Source of the DNA: an uncultured Gemmatimonadales bacterium
GTDB lineage: Bacteria > Gemmatimonadota > Gemmatimonadetes > Gemmatimonadales > GWC2-71-9
DNA: 26,908 bases
Direction of reading: 5' to 3'
Assembly (NCBI GenBank): GCA_963771275.1
Contig: CAVYSW010000007.1
Location: 1-26,908 of the forward strand
Part shown: positions 16,732 to 26,400 of the stretch, piece after piece
Position numbering within the stretch: position 1 is the stretch's first letter
Layout of the letters: every line of letters begins with the position of its first letter
Translations under genes and position numbers: made by a program
Notes under the pieces: generated by a model
Databases searched by the model: none
The model's input: the letters and a program-made list of their open reading frames with translations, nothing else
Told to the model about the DNA's origin: nothing

Positions 16732-18062
16732 GCGGTCTCGCTCCCTCTGGTATGGCGATCGTACAGCGCCTGCAATCGGAGCCCAAGCTCGTGCTGGGTT
16801 TGTCGCAGGGTCTCGATCAGCTCGCCGCGCGAGCGGAGCAGGAAGAAGCGCCGGGCGTCGCTCCAGGCGCCGCGCCAGCGCTCCCGCACGGTGAGCCCGA
16901 GCATACCGAGCGCCGGGAGCCCGAGCAAGAGGGCGACACCCCCGACGAGCCCCCACCGGATCGCGCCGAGCACCGCAAGCAGCAGGACCCAGACTTTGTA
17001 CAGCGCGATGCCGACCAGGAGCTTCCAGGTGGAGGTCTCGTCGGGCTTGAGGCGCACGCGGTCCACCACCAGGCCGGTGGCGCGGTACGGCGGCCAGAAC
17101 GCGACGAAGCCGGCCACGGCGAGCAGGATCGCGAGCGGCATCAGCAGATGCATGCGGCGCACGCCCCAGAACAACCCGTGCGTGAGCCCGACGTCGGCCG
17201 CGAGGTCGCCGGGCCGGAGCCCGAGCCGCTCGAGCCGCGCGTCATGGGTGGTGACGTCGCGCACCAGATCGAGTCCGGTGGGGTCCGCCGCGCGGCGCAC
17301 GTCGGCGAGAATCGCCGTGGTCGCCTCGAGCCGGCGCACCCGCTCCCCGGGGTCGCGCGCCGCCGCCCGCTCCGTCTCCCAGATGCGCACGGCGCACTCG
17401 ACCAGCGGCCGGTCGGCCCACTGGTCGAGGTTGACCGTCACCTGACGCAGCGCGGCCGCGATGCGCTCGGTGAGCAGCCGCACGGCGTCGGCATCCGCGA
17501 TGCCGCGCAACACCAGGTCGTCCCATGCCACCCGGCTGCCGGTCACCACCAGGGCGGCCGAGCGGAACACGTCCTTCTCGCGGAACACGAGCCCCACGGG
17601 GACGATCGGGAACGCGCCGCCGGTGATGGCGGCGGCGCCGAGCGCGATGCGGGCCGCCCCCGTCTTCAACGGCGCGAGCGCCGGCTCGCTGTGGCTCAGG
17701 CCCTCGGGGAAGATCCCGACGGCGGCGCCCGCCGCGAGGGCGGTGTGCACCGCGCGGAACGTGTCGAGGTTCTTGTCCATCTGCGCCGGATCGTCGGCGC
17801 GCCGGTACACCGGGATGGAGCCCGCGCCCTTCACCAGCCAGGCGGTCTTGCGATCGGCGAACAGCGGTGCCTTGGCGAGAAACCGCACGGGGCGCCGGGC
17901 GCCGGCCGCGACGAGCGCGGGATCGAGTAGCGAATTGGGGTGGTTTGCGACGAGCAGGACGGGGCCGGCGACCGGCACCGCTTCACCCGTGTAGGTCACG
18001 CGGTAGTAGACGAACGCCGCCACGCGCGCCACGCGGGGCAGCAGACGCTGAAGCCAGGGCAT
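16728..18062 (-). CDS. PlsC-like glycerolipid acyltransferase with C-terminal TM domain
   Basis: ANHPNSLLD (HX4D), FLAK..LF, PVYR, IFPEG.SH, LKTG.AR. Confidence 0.88.
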   Translation of the reverse strand: MPWLQRLLPRVARVAAFVYYRVTYTGEAVPVAGPVLLVANHPNSLLDPALVAAGARRPVRFLAKAPLFADRKTAWLVKGAGSIPVYRRADDPAQMDKNLDTFRAVHTALAAGAAVGIFPEGLSHSEPALAPLKTGAARIALGAAAITGGAFPIVPVGLVFREKDVFRSAALVVTGSRVAWDDLVLRGIADADAVRLLTERIAAALRQVTVNLDQWADRPLVECAVRIWETERAAARDPGERVRRLEATTAILADVRRAADPTGLDLVRDVTTHDARLERLGLRPGDLAADVGLTHGLFWGVRRMHLLMPLAILLAVAGFVAFWPPYRATGLVVDRVRLKPDETSTWKLLVGIALYKVWVLLLAVLGAIRWGLVGGVALLLGLPALGMLGLTVRERWRGAWSDARRFFLLRSRGELIETLRQTQHELGLRLQALYDRHTRGSETA

Positions 18063-18134
18063 GCGCCAAAGTCTGGGGTCCGAGGGCCCGCCGCAAGAGC
18101 GGGCGGCGCCCGCCGTCGCCCTCGCGCGACAGGC

Positions 18135-18243
18135 CGCGCCGAGTAGCCGCTTGAGCGGCGTTCTAGAACGTGGGTCGTCATCGACGGCGTTGGTGCGAGG
18201 GTGGTCAGTATGTAGGAAGCTGCCAAGGCAGCCACTCGGCGCG
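18135..18243. repeat. REP doublet (REPIN/BIME-like), left
   Basis: cgcgccga-GTAG-ccgcttgagcggc ... gctgccaaggcag-CCAC-tcggcgcg: two short hairpins with outer GTAG/GTGG tetranucleotides in inverted orientation. Confidence 0.75.
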
Positions 18244-18641
18244 TTCTGCCCGGTGAGACGGGCCGCGCATCCCGGTTTCTCGATCGCTACCTGCGCGCGG
18301 TCGCGCGCCAGGAGCGGAGCCGCGTGATTGCCCTGGGTATCGTCGCCACCCACGTCCACGTGCTCGTCGAGTCGCACCCAACCACGTCACTGCCGCGACT
18401 GGTACAGCGATTCAACGGGGGGAGCTCAGTGCTGATTAACCGCGAAGGGCATGCGGGGAACGGGAGAGTGGTCCGGTGGTCCAAGGGCTACACGATTCAC
18501 ACGGTGGGACCGCGGGGCCTCGAACCGGCACGAGCCTACGTCCTGAGTCAGGAATCGCGGCACCCCGCGGAGCGCATCAGAGCTCCGGCGGAAGCGAGCC
18601 TGCCCGACGGTCGCCCTCGTGCGACAGCACGCGCCGAGTAG
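18244..18641 (+). pseudogene. tnpA: 5'-truncated IS200/IS605-like (Y1 HUH) transposase TnpA
   Basis: THVHVL (HUH), L..LVQRF.GGSS, W.KGY...V, catalytic YV..Q; lacks the N-terminal H-x-V-W-x-T region and a start; stop TAG lies in the right REP. Confidence 0.8.
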
Positions 18642-18704
18642 CCGCTTGAGCGGCATCCTAAGACCACAGCCACTCGGAGGCTGCCAAGGCAGCCACTCGG
18701 CGCG
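18630..18704. repeat. REP doublet (REPIN/BIME-like), right
   Basis: Same two REP hairpins as 18135-18243 in direct orientation with a different spacer; similarity extends ~28 bp further upstream in both copies. Confidence 0.78.
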
Positions 18705-18711
18705 ATCGCGC

Positions 18712-19353
18712 CTACGGCGTCACCACTTTCACCCCGCGCGGCACCGTGAACGACACCTCCGCCGGCGGGATGGTGGCGTTGGGGGAGAACGCGGTGAGCA
18801 CCAGCGTGCGCCGCTGGCCCGAGGTCTCGACGATCGCCAGACGGCGGAGCCAGCCGGTCCGGAGCGAGACCGCGATCGTCGCGCTGCGGAACGGCACGTC
18901 CCGGGCCGTGGGCACGAGCGCCACCAGCTCGACGGAGTCGCCGGCCACGACGTCCCGGCCCGCGTAGGTCGCCTCGTAGCGCTCGAGCGGCCGGTCGACG
19001 AACTGGGCGAACAGATTCGGCGTCGCCGCCCCCGCCTTCGGCATCGGCTGCCGGATCACCTGGCCCGGCACCGTGCTCGGCGTGTAGGCCCACAGCCAGC
19101 GGCCGTCCACCACGATGCGGTCGCCCGCCGGCTCGGCGAACCGCATGGCGAACCGGTCGGGCGGCGCGAGGTACAGCGTGCCGTGGCTCAGCTCCGGCGC
19201 GCCGAGCATCGGGTTGGTGATGGTCTGCTCGAACTCCGCGCGCACGGTCCGCAGCGCGCGGTAGGCGCGCTCGGCGCGCGCCAGCGCGGTGGGAGCGTCC
19301 TGCGCGAGGAGGGAACCCGGTGCCAGCAGCGCGGCGAGCAGCGCCGCCTTCAT
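18712..19353 (-). CDS. lolA: Outer-membrane lipoprotein carrier protein LolA
   Basis: Signal peptide; A.F.Q......G.L.L..P.RF..RF..P.G..IV.DG..LW.Y.P; F.F..P.GV.V; ATGA overlap with aroF. Confidence 0.85.
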   Translation of the reverse strand: MKAALLAALLAPGSLLAQDAPTALARAERAYRALRTVRAEFEQTITNPMLGAPELSHGTLYLAPPDRFAMRFAEPAGDRIVVDGRWLWAYTPSTVPGQVIRQPMPKAGAATPNLFAQFVDRPLERYEATYAGRDVVAGDSVELVALVPTARDVPFRSATIAVSLRTGWLRRLAIVETSGQRRTLVLTAFSPNATIPPAEVSFTVPRGVKVVTP

Positions 19354-20393
19354 CGCGCCGGCGCGTGCACCGGCTCGGCGATGCGGCGCCCGATCGCCTC
19401 CGCCACGCCGACGATCTCGCGCATCAGCGCCTGGAACTGCTCCGGGTAGAGACTCTGCTCGCCGTCGGACAGCGCGCGGTCGGGCTGCGGGTGTACCTCG
19501 ACCAGGAGCCCGTCGGCGCCGGCCGCCACCGCCGCGCGGGCCATCGGGATCACCTTGGTGCGGCGGCCCGTGCCGTGGCTCGGGTCCGCCACGATCGGCA
19601 GGTGCGACAGCTCCTTCACGACCGGGATCGCCGTGATGTCGAACACGTTGCGCGTGCTGCCGTCGAACCCGCGGATCCCGCGCTCGCACAGGATCACGTC
19701 GTGGTTCCCTTCGGCCAGCAGGTATTCGGCCGAGAGCAGCAGCTCGGTGATGGTCGCGGCCGGGCCGCGCTTCAGCAGAATCGGCTTGCCGATCCGGCCC
19801 GCGCGCTTGAGCAGCGAGAAGTTCTGCATGTTGCGGGCGCCGATCTGGATCACGTCGGCGACCTCCGCGACCGCGTCCACGCTCTCCGAGTCCATCGCCT
19901 CCGTCACGATCGGCAGGCCGGTCTCCGCGCGGGCGAGCGCGAGCAGCTTGAGGCCCTTCTTGCCCAGACCCTGGAACGAGTACGGCGACGTGCGCGGCTT
20001 GTACGCGCCGCCCCGCAGCATCGCCCCGCCCGCGTCGCGCACGATGCGCGCGGTCTCGAGGATCTGCTGCTCGGACTCGACGGAGCACGGGCCGCCGATC
20101 ACCACCACCTCGGGCCCGCCGATCTTCACCCCGCCTGCCAGCTCCACGATCGTCGGCTCGGGCCGCCACTCGCGGGACACCTGCTTGTACGGCTGGGTGA
20201 CGTGAATGACTTCCTTCACGCCCGGGAGGGCCGACAGCCGGCCGGCCTCGACGCGCCCGTCGTTGCCGACCAGCCCGACGGCGGTCCGCTGCGCCCCCGG
20301 CATCGGCCGCGCCTGGTAGCCCAGCTCCTCGATCGTCGTGACGACGCGCCGGACATCGTCCGCCGTCGCGTCGTGCCGCATCACCACCAGCAT
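19350..20393 (-). CDS. aroF: 3-deoxy-7-phosphoheptulonate (DAHP) synthase, class I-beta with N-terminal regulatory domain
   Basis: [55 protein letters not shown]. Confidence 0.95.
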   Translation of the reverse strand: MLVVMRHDATADDVRRVVTTIEELGYQARPMPGAQRTAVGLVGNDGRVEAGRLSALPGVKEVIHVTQPYKQVSREWRPEPTIVELAGGVKIGGPEVVVIGGPCSVESEQQILETARIVRDAGGAMLRGGAYKPRTSPYSFQGLGKKGLKLLALARAETGLPIVTEAMDSESVDAVAEVADVIQIGARNMQNFSLLKRAGRIGKPILLKRGPAATITELLLSAEYLLAEGNHDVILCERGIRGFDGSTRNVFDITAIPVVKELSHLPIVADPSHGTGRRTKVIPMARAAVAAGADGLLVEVHPQPDRALSDGEQSLYPEQFQALMREIVGVAEAIGRRIAEPVHAPAR

Positions 20394-20399
20394 GGTTCC

Positions 20400-21164
20400 C
20401 TACGCCTCGATGAGAAAGCGGTCACCGTCGCGCGCGGCGGTGACCCGGCCGTCGAAGACCTCGCCGGCCAGCCGGGCGGCATCGACCGCCTCGGCCGGAG
20501 GGTAGAAGTGCGTGAGCACCAGGCACTTGGCCTTCGCGTCCCGGGCCATCGCACCCGCCCGGGAGGGGGTTAAATGTACGTCGATCGCCCGCGCTTCGGG
20601 GAGCGAGCACTCGGCCAGCAGCAGATCGCAGCCCGCCGCCCAGCGGGCGAGCGCGTCGCTCGGCCCCGTATCCCCCGTGTACACCAGACGGCGGCCGGCG
20701 TGTCGCACCGCGTAGGCCAGGCTCTCGTCGGTGTGCGGGGTGGCGTGGCACTCGAGCGTGACGTCGTCGGCCAACGCCGCGCTGGCTCCCGGCGCCAGCT
20801 CGCGGATCGCGAGCGGGAATCCCGGCTCGAGCACCCAGTCGCCGAACGCGCGGGCAAGCGCCCCAAGCCGCTCGCGCAGCCCCACCGGCCCCCACAGCAC
20901 GAGCGGCGCCGACCGCGCCGGCTCGATCCCCCACCGGCACGCGAACAGGAAATGCGGCAGCTCGCCCCAGTGATCCACGTGGAAATGGGTGATCGCGACG
21001 TGCTGGACGGTGTGCCACGGCAGGTCGAGCGCTGCGGCACGGTGCAGCGTCCCGGCGCCGCAGTCGAGCAGCAGCCGCGTGGCGCCCGCCTCCACCCAGT
21101 GGGCGGGCGCGGTGCGCCGCGCCGACGGCGCCACGGTGCCGGAGCCGATCACCACGAGCAGCAC
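20400..21164 (-). CDS. MBL-fold metallo-hydrolase (RNase Z/BN-like)
   Basis: GSGT, LLDCGAG, THFHVDH, PH, YTGDT, EC, HL, LVLTHFYP. Confidence 0.88.
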   Translation of the reverse strand: MLLVVIGSGTVAPSARRTAPAHWVEAGATRLLLDCGAGTLHRAAALDLPWHTVQHVAITHFHVDHWGELPHFLFACRWGIEPARSAPLVLWGPVGLRERLGALARAFGDWVLEPGFPLAIRELAPGASAALADDVTLECHATPHTDESLAYAVRHAGRRLVYTGDTGPSDALARWAAGCDLLLAECSLPEARAIDVHLTPSRAGAMARDAKAKCLVLTHFYPPAEAVDAARLAGEVFDGRVTAARDGDRFLIEA

Positions 21165-21171
21165 GGTGGCC

Positions 21172-23454
21172 TCAGTTGCCGCGGAAGACGATGCGCTTGA
21201 AGAACGTGCCGGCGGGCGTCTCGAGCTTGGCGAGATAGATGCCGGCCGGAACGGTCGACCCGTCGGTCGCGCTGCCGTCCCACGTCAGTCGCGGATCGCA
21301 GCCGGTGCTGCCGGGCGGCGGGCGGCCGTACCGCCCGGCCTGGAGGAACGGGCCGAGGCCGGTGGTCGGGATCAGGGAGCGCACCAGCAGGCCCCGCACG
21401 TCGAGGATGTCGAGCGTCACGACGCCGGGGACCGAGAGGTCGAACCAGAGGCAGGTGGTCGGCTGCGCCACGCCCTGCGGGAACGGATTGGGGAAATTCT
21501 GGAACAGCGTGGTCACGGGCGGCACGCTGTCGTCCACGATGACGAACGTGCCGCTGCTCTGGACCGTCTCCTGATCGGGGCCGAGATGCGCGGTGACGCG
21601 CCAGCGGTACGGGGTGTTGCGCTCGAGGTCGATGGCGGGGACGTAGCTCGTGGTCGTGAGGCCGCTCACCGCGAGCTCGACCCGGCCGCCGTTGGCCCGC
21701 ACGATCACCAGGTCGTAGACGAACGGGCCGGGCGGCGCGGCGGCGCCCGGCGACGACCAGCGGAACTCGGGGCGGAACTCGCGGATCGTCGAGCCGGCGG
21801 GGTCGTTGAGCGTCTCGAGGGTGACCCACGCGGGCGTGCTGAGCACCGCGCTCGACCGGGCGCGGCCCCGGGCCGAGTCGGCGGAGACGGCGCTCACCTC
21901 CGCGAACAGGCCGAGTCCGCTGTGCTGCGGCGCCGCCAGCGTGACGCTCGTGTCGCTCAGCGTGGTGTCGAGCACGACGACGGCGAGCCCCGTGTCGCGC
22001 GCCACGCGCAGGCGGTAGCGCACCGGCCTGGCGAACGTCGGGATGTCGGGCACGCTCCACACGAAATCGGGGGTGACCGAGGTGAGCGGCGCGGCGGGGC
22101 GCACCAGCGTGACGCCCTGCGGATAGGTCGTCGCCTGGAGCAGATCGGGGCGACCCCAGCCGCGCGCGTTGTCGGGCGCGGCGCGGTTGTCGGCGGCGGT
22201 GCGGAACGCCGACCGCAGCGCGATGGGCCCGTACCCGGGGTGCGCCTCGAGGAATAGCGCGGCGCCGCCCGCCAGGATCGGCGTGGCGAACGACGTACCG
22301 CTCCCGCGCCCAAACGTCTGGCCGCCGCCCGGCACGGGCGACGCCACCCAGATGGCGACGCCGGGCGCGGCGAAGTCCGGCTTGATGCGACCGTCGGCGG
22401 TGGGCCCGCGGGAGCTGAAATTCGCCACCACGCCGAGCGAGTCTTCCGCGCCGATCCCCAGGGCGGAGTCGGCGTCGGCCGGCGTGATCAGGGTGCCGGC
22501 CGCCGGACCTTCGTTCCCGTTGGCGGTGAGCACGAGAATGCCACGCTGGGCGGCGAGGTCCACGGCCACCGTGGTGACGGCGACGTCGCCGTTCAGCTGC
22601 GCGTACGTGTAGCCGGTCCCGTCGTCGAACGTCGTATAGCCCAGACTGCTGGAGACGAGGTCGACGCCGATCGAGTCGGCCCACTCGAGCGCCGCCACGT
22701 AGTTGTCCTCCTCGACCCGCGTCTCGGACCGGACATCCTCGGTCTTGGCGAGCAGGTAGGCGGCCTCGGGCGCGATCCCCATCATCGTGTCCGGGACCTG
22801 GGCGGCGAGCAGCGACAGGACCGACGTGCCGTGCGACGACGCCGTGGCGGCGTCGTTGGCCTCGTTCCGCACGACGGAATCGTTGAACACGAAGTCGTAC
22901 TGTGCCACGATCAGCGTCTGCGCGAAGGCGGGCAGCCCGGTCTCGAACCCGGTGTCGAGCACGGCGATCCGGACGCCCGCGCCCCGGAGCCCGTGATCGA
23001 CCAGCGGGAACAGCTTGAGCCGGCGGAGCGGCATGGCCGAGGGGCCGAACAGCGTGTCCTGCGCCGGCCCGAGCGCCACCGGCGGCAGCGCGATCGGCTC
23101 CACGACGGCGGCGGTGTCGGGGCCCGGGCGGCGGCCGAACCGCGCGACGGGCTGGATCCGGGCGAGATCGCGCCGGTCGCGTGCGGCGGTGAGCGCGGCA
23201 GGCGGCAGCACCGCCGACAGGGCGTGGAGCCAGCGGCTCTCGCGCCGCACGGTCCCGCCGGCCCGGACGACGAACGCCCGCACGCTGTCGAGCGATCGGC
23301 CCGGGCGGACGAACAGCCACACGGGGGCCGTCGCGTCGCGGGCCAGCGCGGTGGCGAGGCGGCGCGACACGTCGGGGCGCTGCGCCGCCGCCGGCAGGGC
23401 CGGCAGGGCCAGCGCGCACCCCGCGGCGAGCAGCAGCAGGCCGCGCGCGCTCAG
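21172..23454 (-). CDS. Secreted S8 (subtilisin-like) serine peptidase with C-terminal FlgD-Ig / secretion-tail-like domain
   Basis: VLDTG, HGT, SSSLG, GNEG, SSRGPT.DGRIKPD, GTSFATP; C-terminal QNFPNPF...WDG....G..VPAGIYL. Start uncertain (CTG 23454 proposed). Confidence 0.88.
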   Translation of the reverse strand: MSARGLLLLAAGCALALPALPAAAQRPDVSRRLATALARDATAPVWLFVRPGRSLDSVRAFVVRAGGTVRRESRWLHALSAVLPPAALTAARDRRDLARIQPVARFGRRPGPDTAAVVEPIALPPVALGPAQDTLFGPSAMPLRRLKLFPLVDHGLRGAGVRIAVLDTGFETGLPAFAQTLIVAQYDFVFNDSVVRNEANDAATASSHGTSVLSLLAAQVPDTMMGIAPEAAYLLAKTEDVRSETRVEEDNYVAALEWADSIGVDLVSSSLGYTTFDDGTGYTYAQLNGDVAVTTVAVDLAAQRGILVLTANGNEGPAAGTLITPADADSALGIGAEDSLGVVANFSSRGPTADGRIKPDFAAPGVAIWVASPVPGGGQTFGRGSGTSFATPILAGGAALFLEAHPGYGPIALRSAFRTAADNRAAPDNARGWGRPDLLQATTYPQGVTLVRPAAPLTSVTPDFVWSVPDIPTFARPVRYRLRVARDTGLAVVVLDTTLSDTSVTLAAPQHSGLGLFAEVSAVSADSARGRARSSAVLSTPAWVTLETLNDPAGSTIREFRPEFRWSSPGAAAPPGPFVYDLVIVRANGGRVELAVSGLTTTSYVPAIDLERNTPYRWRVTAHLGPDQETVQSSGTFVIVDDSVPPVTTLFQNFPNPFPQGVAQPTTCLWFDLSVPGVVTLDILDVRGLLVRSLIPTTGLGPFLQAGRYGRPPPGSTGCDPRLTWDGSATDGSTVPAGIYLAKLETPAGTFFKRIVFRGN

Positions 23455-26400
23455 ACCTCCTCCAGCTCGCCCAGGCGCACGCCGACGATGGTGGAGACGC
23501 CCGGCTCCTGCATCGTGACGCCGTACACCGCGTCCGCCACCTGCATCGTCCGCGGGTTGTGCGTGATCACGATGAACTGGGTGTCGCGCTTGAACTCGCT
23601 GAGCAGCCGGATGAAGCGCACCACGTTGGCGTCGTCGAGCGGCGCGTCCACCTCGTCGAGCAGGCAGAACGGGCTGGGCTTGGTGAGGTAGATCGCGAAC
23701 AGCAGCGAGATGGCGACCAGCGCGCGCTCGCCCGACGACAGCAGGTGGATGCGCTGCGTGCGCTTGCCGCGGGGCGCGGCCTGGATCTCGATGTCGCTGT
23801 TCAGCGGGTCGCTTTCGACGGCCAGCCGCACGTCGCACTCGCCGCCCTCGAACAGCGTCTGGAACACCGTGCGGAAATGCCCGCGGATCGCGGCGAACGT
23901 CTCGACGAACATCGCGCGCGCGGTCTGCTCGATCTCGCGCAGCGCCTCGTGCAGCGTGGCGCGGGCCGCCACCAGGTCGTCGCGCTGGGTCGTGAGGAAC
24001 TCGAGCCGCTTCACCTCCTCGGCATGCTCCTCGACGGCGAGCGGGTTCACCGGGCCGATCGCCTCGAGCGCCTGGGCGATCCGTTCCGCCGCCGCGCGCA
24101 GCGTCGCGAGGTCGCCGGCCACCGGCTCGCAGCCCGCGAGCAGCTGCTCGAGCGGCTGGCGCCACTCGGCCTCGACCCGCTCGACCAGCGCCTGCCGCCG
24201 TCCGTGGAGCTCGGTGCCCTCGACCTCCGCGCGGTGCGCCTGCCCGCTCGCCGTCTCGAGATCGCCTCGCGCCACCGTCACGGCGCGCTCGACCTCGAGC
24301 AGCCGGGCCTCCGCCGCGCCGACGCCGGCCTCCGCGGCCGCGGCGGCGGCGGCGAGCTCCTGCGCGGTGACGCGGCGCTCCGCGAGTGTGTCGCGCCACA
24401 GCTGCTCCTGCTCGCCCACGCCGCCGGTGTCGCGCTCGATCGCGCGCAGCTCCTCGTCGAGCGCCGCGATCTCCTGCCGCGCCGCGGCGAGGGTGGTGGC
24501 CGCCCGCTCCTCGCTCTCGCGCGCGGCCGCCTCGCGGGCCGACACCTGGGCCTCCTCGACCTGCCAGTGCACGCGCCGCTCGCGCGCGGCCTCCTGCTGC
24601 GCCTCGAGCTCGCCCAGCACGGCGCGTTGGGTCGTGCGCTCGGCGTCGAGCCGCCCGCGCGCGGTCTCGGCGGCCTCGACCTGGCGCGCGGTGGCCGCCA
24701 GCCGGTCCGCCCGGTCGCTCACCTGCTCGCCGAGGCGCGTCGCGGCCTGCTCGGCCTCGAGCACCTCACGCTCCAGCCGCTGCAGCACGCGCTTGGCGTC
24801 GTCGGCCGCGGCCTGCGCCTCGCGCGCTGCGGTGCGCGCGGCGTCGAGCGCGCGGCCCGCACCGTCGAGCGCCGCGGTAGCCGCCGCGTGCGCCTGCGCC
24901 GCGCCGTCCTGCGCCGCCTGCAGGCGCGCCACCCGGCGCTGCTGCTCGGCGATCTCGTCCGTCAGCGCGGCAAGATCGGCGCGCCGCGCCAGCGGGCCCG
25001 CGCCCGCGCCGGCTGCGAGCACGACTGCGCCGTTGGGCCGCCGGATGCCGTGTCCCTGCGGGTCGAGCACTTCCTGGCCCGCGAGCAGGGCGCGCGCCCA
25101 GCCCGCCGCCGGGCCGGCGGCCTCGACCGGGAGCGCGGCTCCCGCGGCGGCGCCCACCGGCCCGCTCGCCGGCAGCAGCACCAGCGGTCCCGGCGCCTGC
25201 TCGTCGTGCCAGCGGCGCACCGCGTCCACCGCGTCGTCCCGCACCAGCACGGCGTGCAGCCATTCGCCGAACAGCCGCTCCACCAGGCCCGCCTCCGCCT
25301 GCGAGGTGCGCAGGAAATCGCTCAGCGGGCCGAGCACGGCCCCGTCCCCGAACCGGTCGCGCACCTCGAGCAGCCGGCGGGCGGCCGGGGCGAGGCCCTC
25401 GCGCTCCCGCTCCAGCCGCTCCAGCGCCTGCTGGCGCGCCGAGAGACCGGCGACGGCATCATCCACCGCGCGCCGCTCGCTGCGCAGCGCCTCCTCGTGC
25501 TCCCGGGCGGCCGCCAGCGCGTGCCGCGCGCGCTCCATCTCGGTGTCGGCGGCGCGACTCTCGTCGCCCCGCCGCTGGACGAGGCTCTCGGTCTCGCGCC
25601 GCCGCGCCTCCGCCGCCTCGCGCTCGGCCCGCCGCACGGTCCGGGCGCGGTCCGCGTCGCTGGCCCGCTGCCTGAGCTCGGCGAGGTCGCGCTCGAGCGC
25701 GCTGCGCTCGCCGGCGAGCGCCCGCAACCGCTCCGCCTCGCCGTGCAGGCGCTCTTCCAGCGCGCGGACGGCGCTCCGCGCCTCCCCCAGCCGGTGCCGC
25801 GCGTCTTCCTCGCTCTGCGTCCGCAGGTCCAGCTCGCCCTGCACCGACTGCCGCGCCTCGGCCGCGATCCGCCGCTCGGCCGCCGCCGCCTCACGCTCCC
25901 GCTCGGCGGCCGCGGCGCGTTCGCCCGCGGCGGTGCGCTCGGCCTGGGCGCGGGTGCGGCGCTCGGCGCCGTGCTGCAGCCGCTCACCCGCCAGCTTGAG
26001 ATCGCCTTCGAGCCGCTCCACGTCGACCCGCGCGGCGGCGAGCCGCCGCTCGAGATCGGTCCGCCGCGCTTCCGCGGCGTGCCGCGCCTGCGCCGCCGCC
26101 TCCCGCTCCCGCTCGCGCCCCTCCAGCGCGGCGCGCCGCGCCGGGAGCGCGTGCTCCAGCTGCTCGCGCGTGACGGCCAGCGCCCGGGCCTGCTCGTCGA
26201 ACCCGGCGAGCTCGCCCCGCGTCAGCGTCATCACGATGGCGAACCGCTCCGCCGCCAGCGTGCCGGAGCGCTCCGCGCGCCCCCGCTGCCGCGCCAGGCT
26301 CCGCACCTCGCGCTGCACCTCGTTGATCACGTCCTCGAGCCGCTGGAGATCCTCCGTCGTCCGCGCGAGCTGCCGCTCGGTGGATTCCTTCCGGTCGCGA

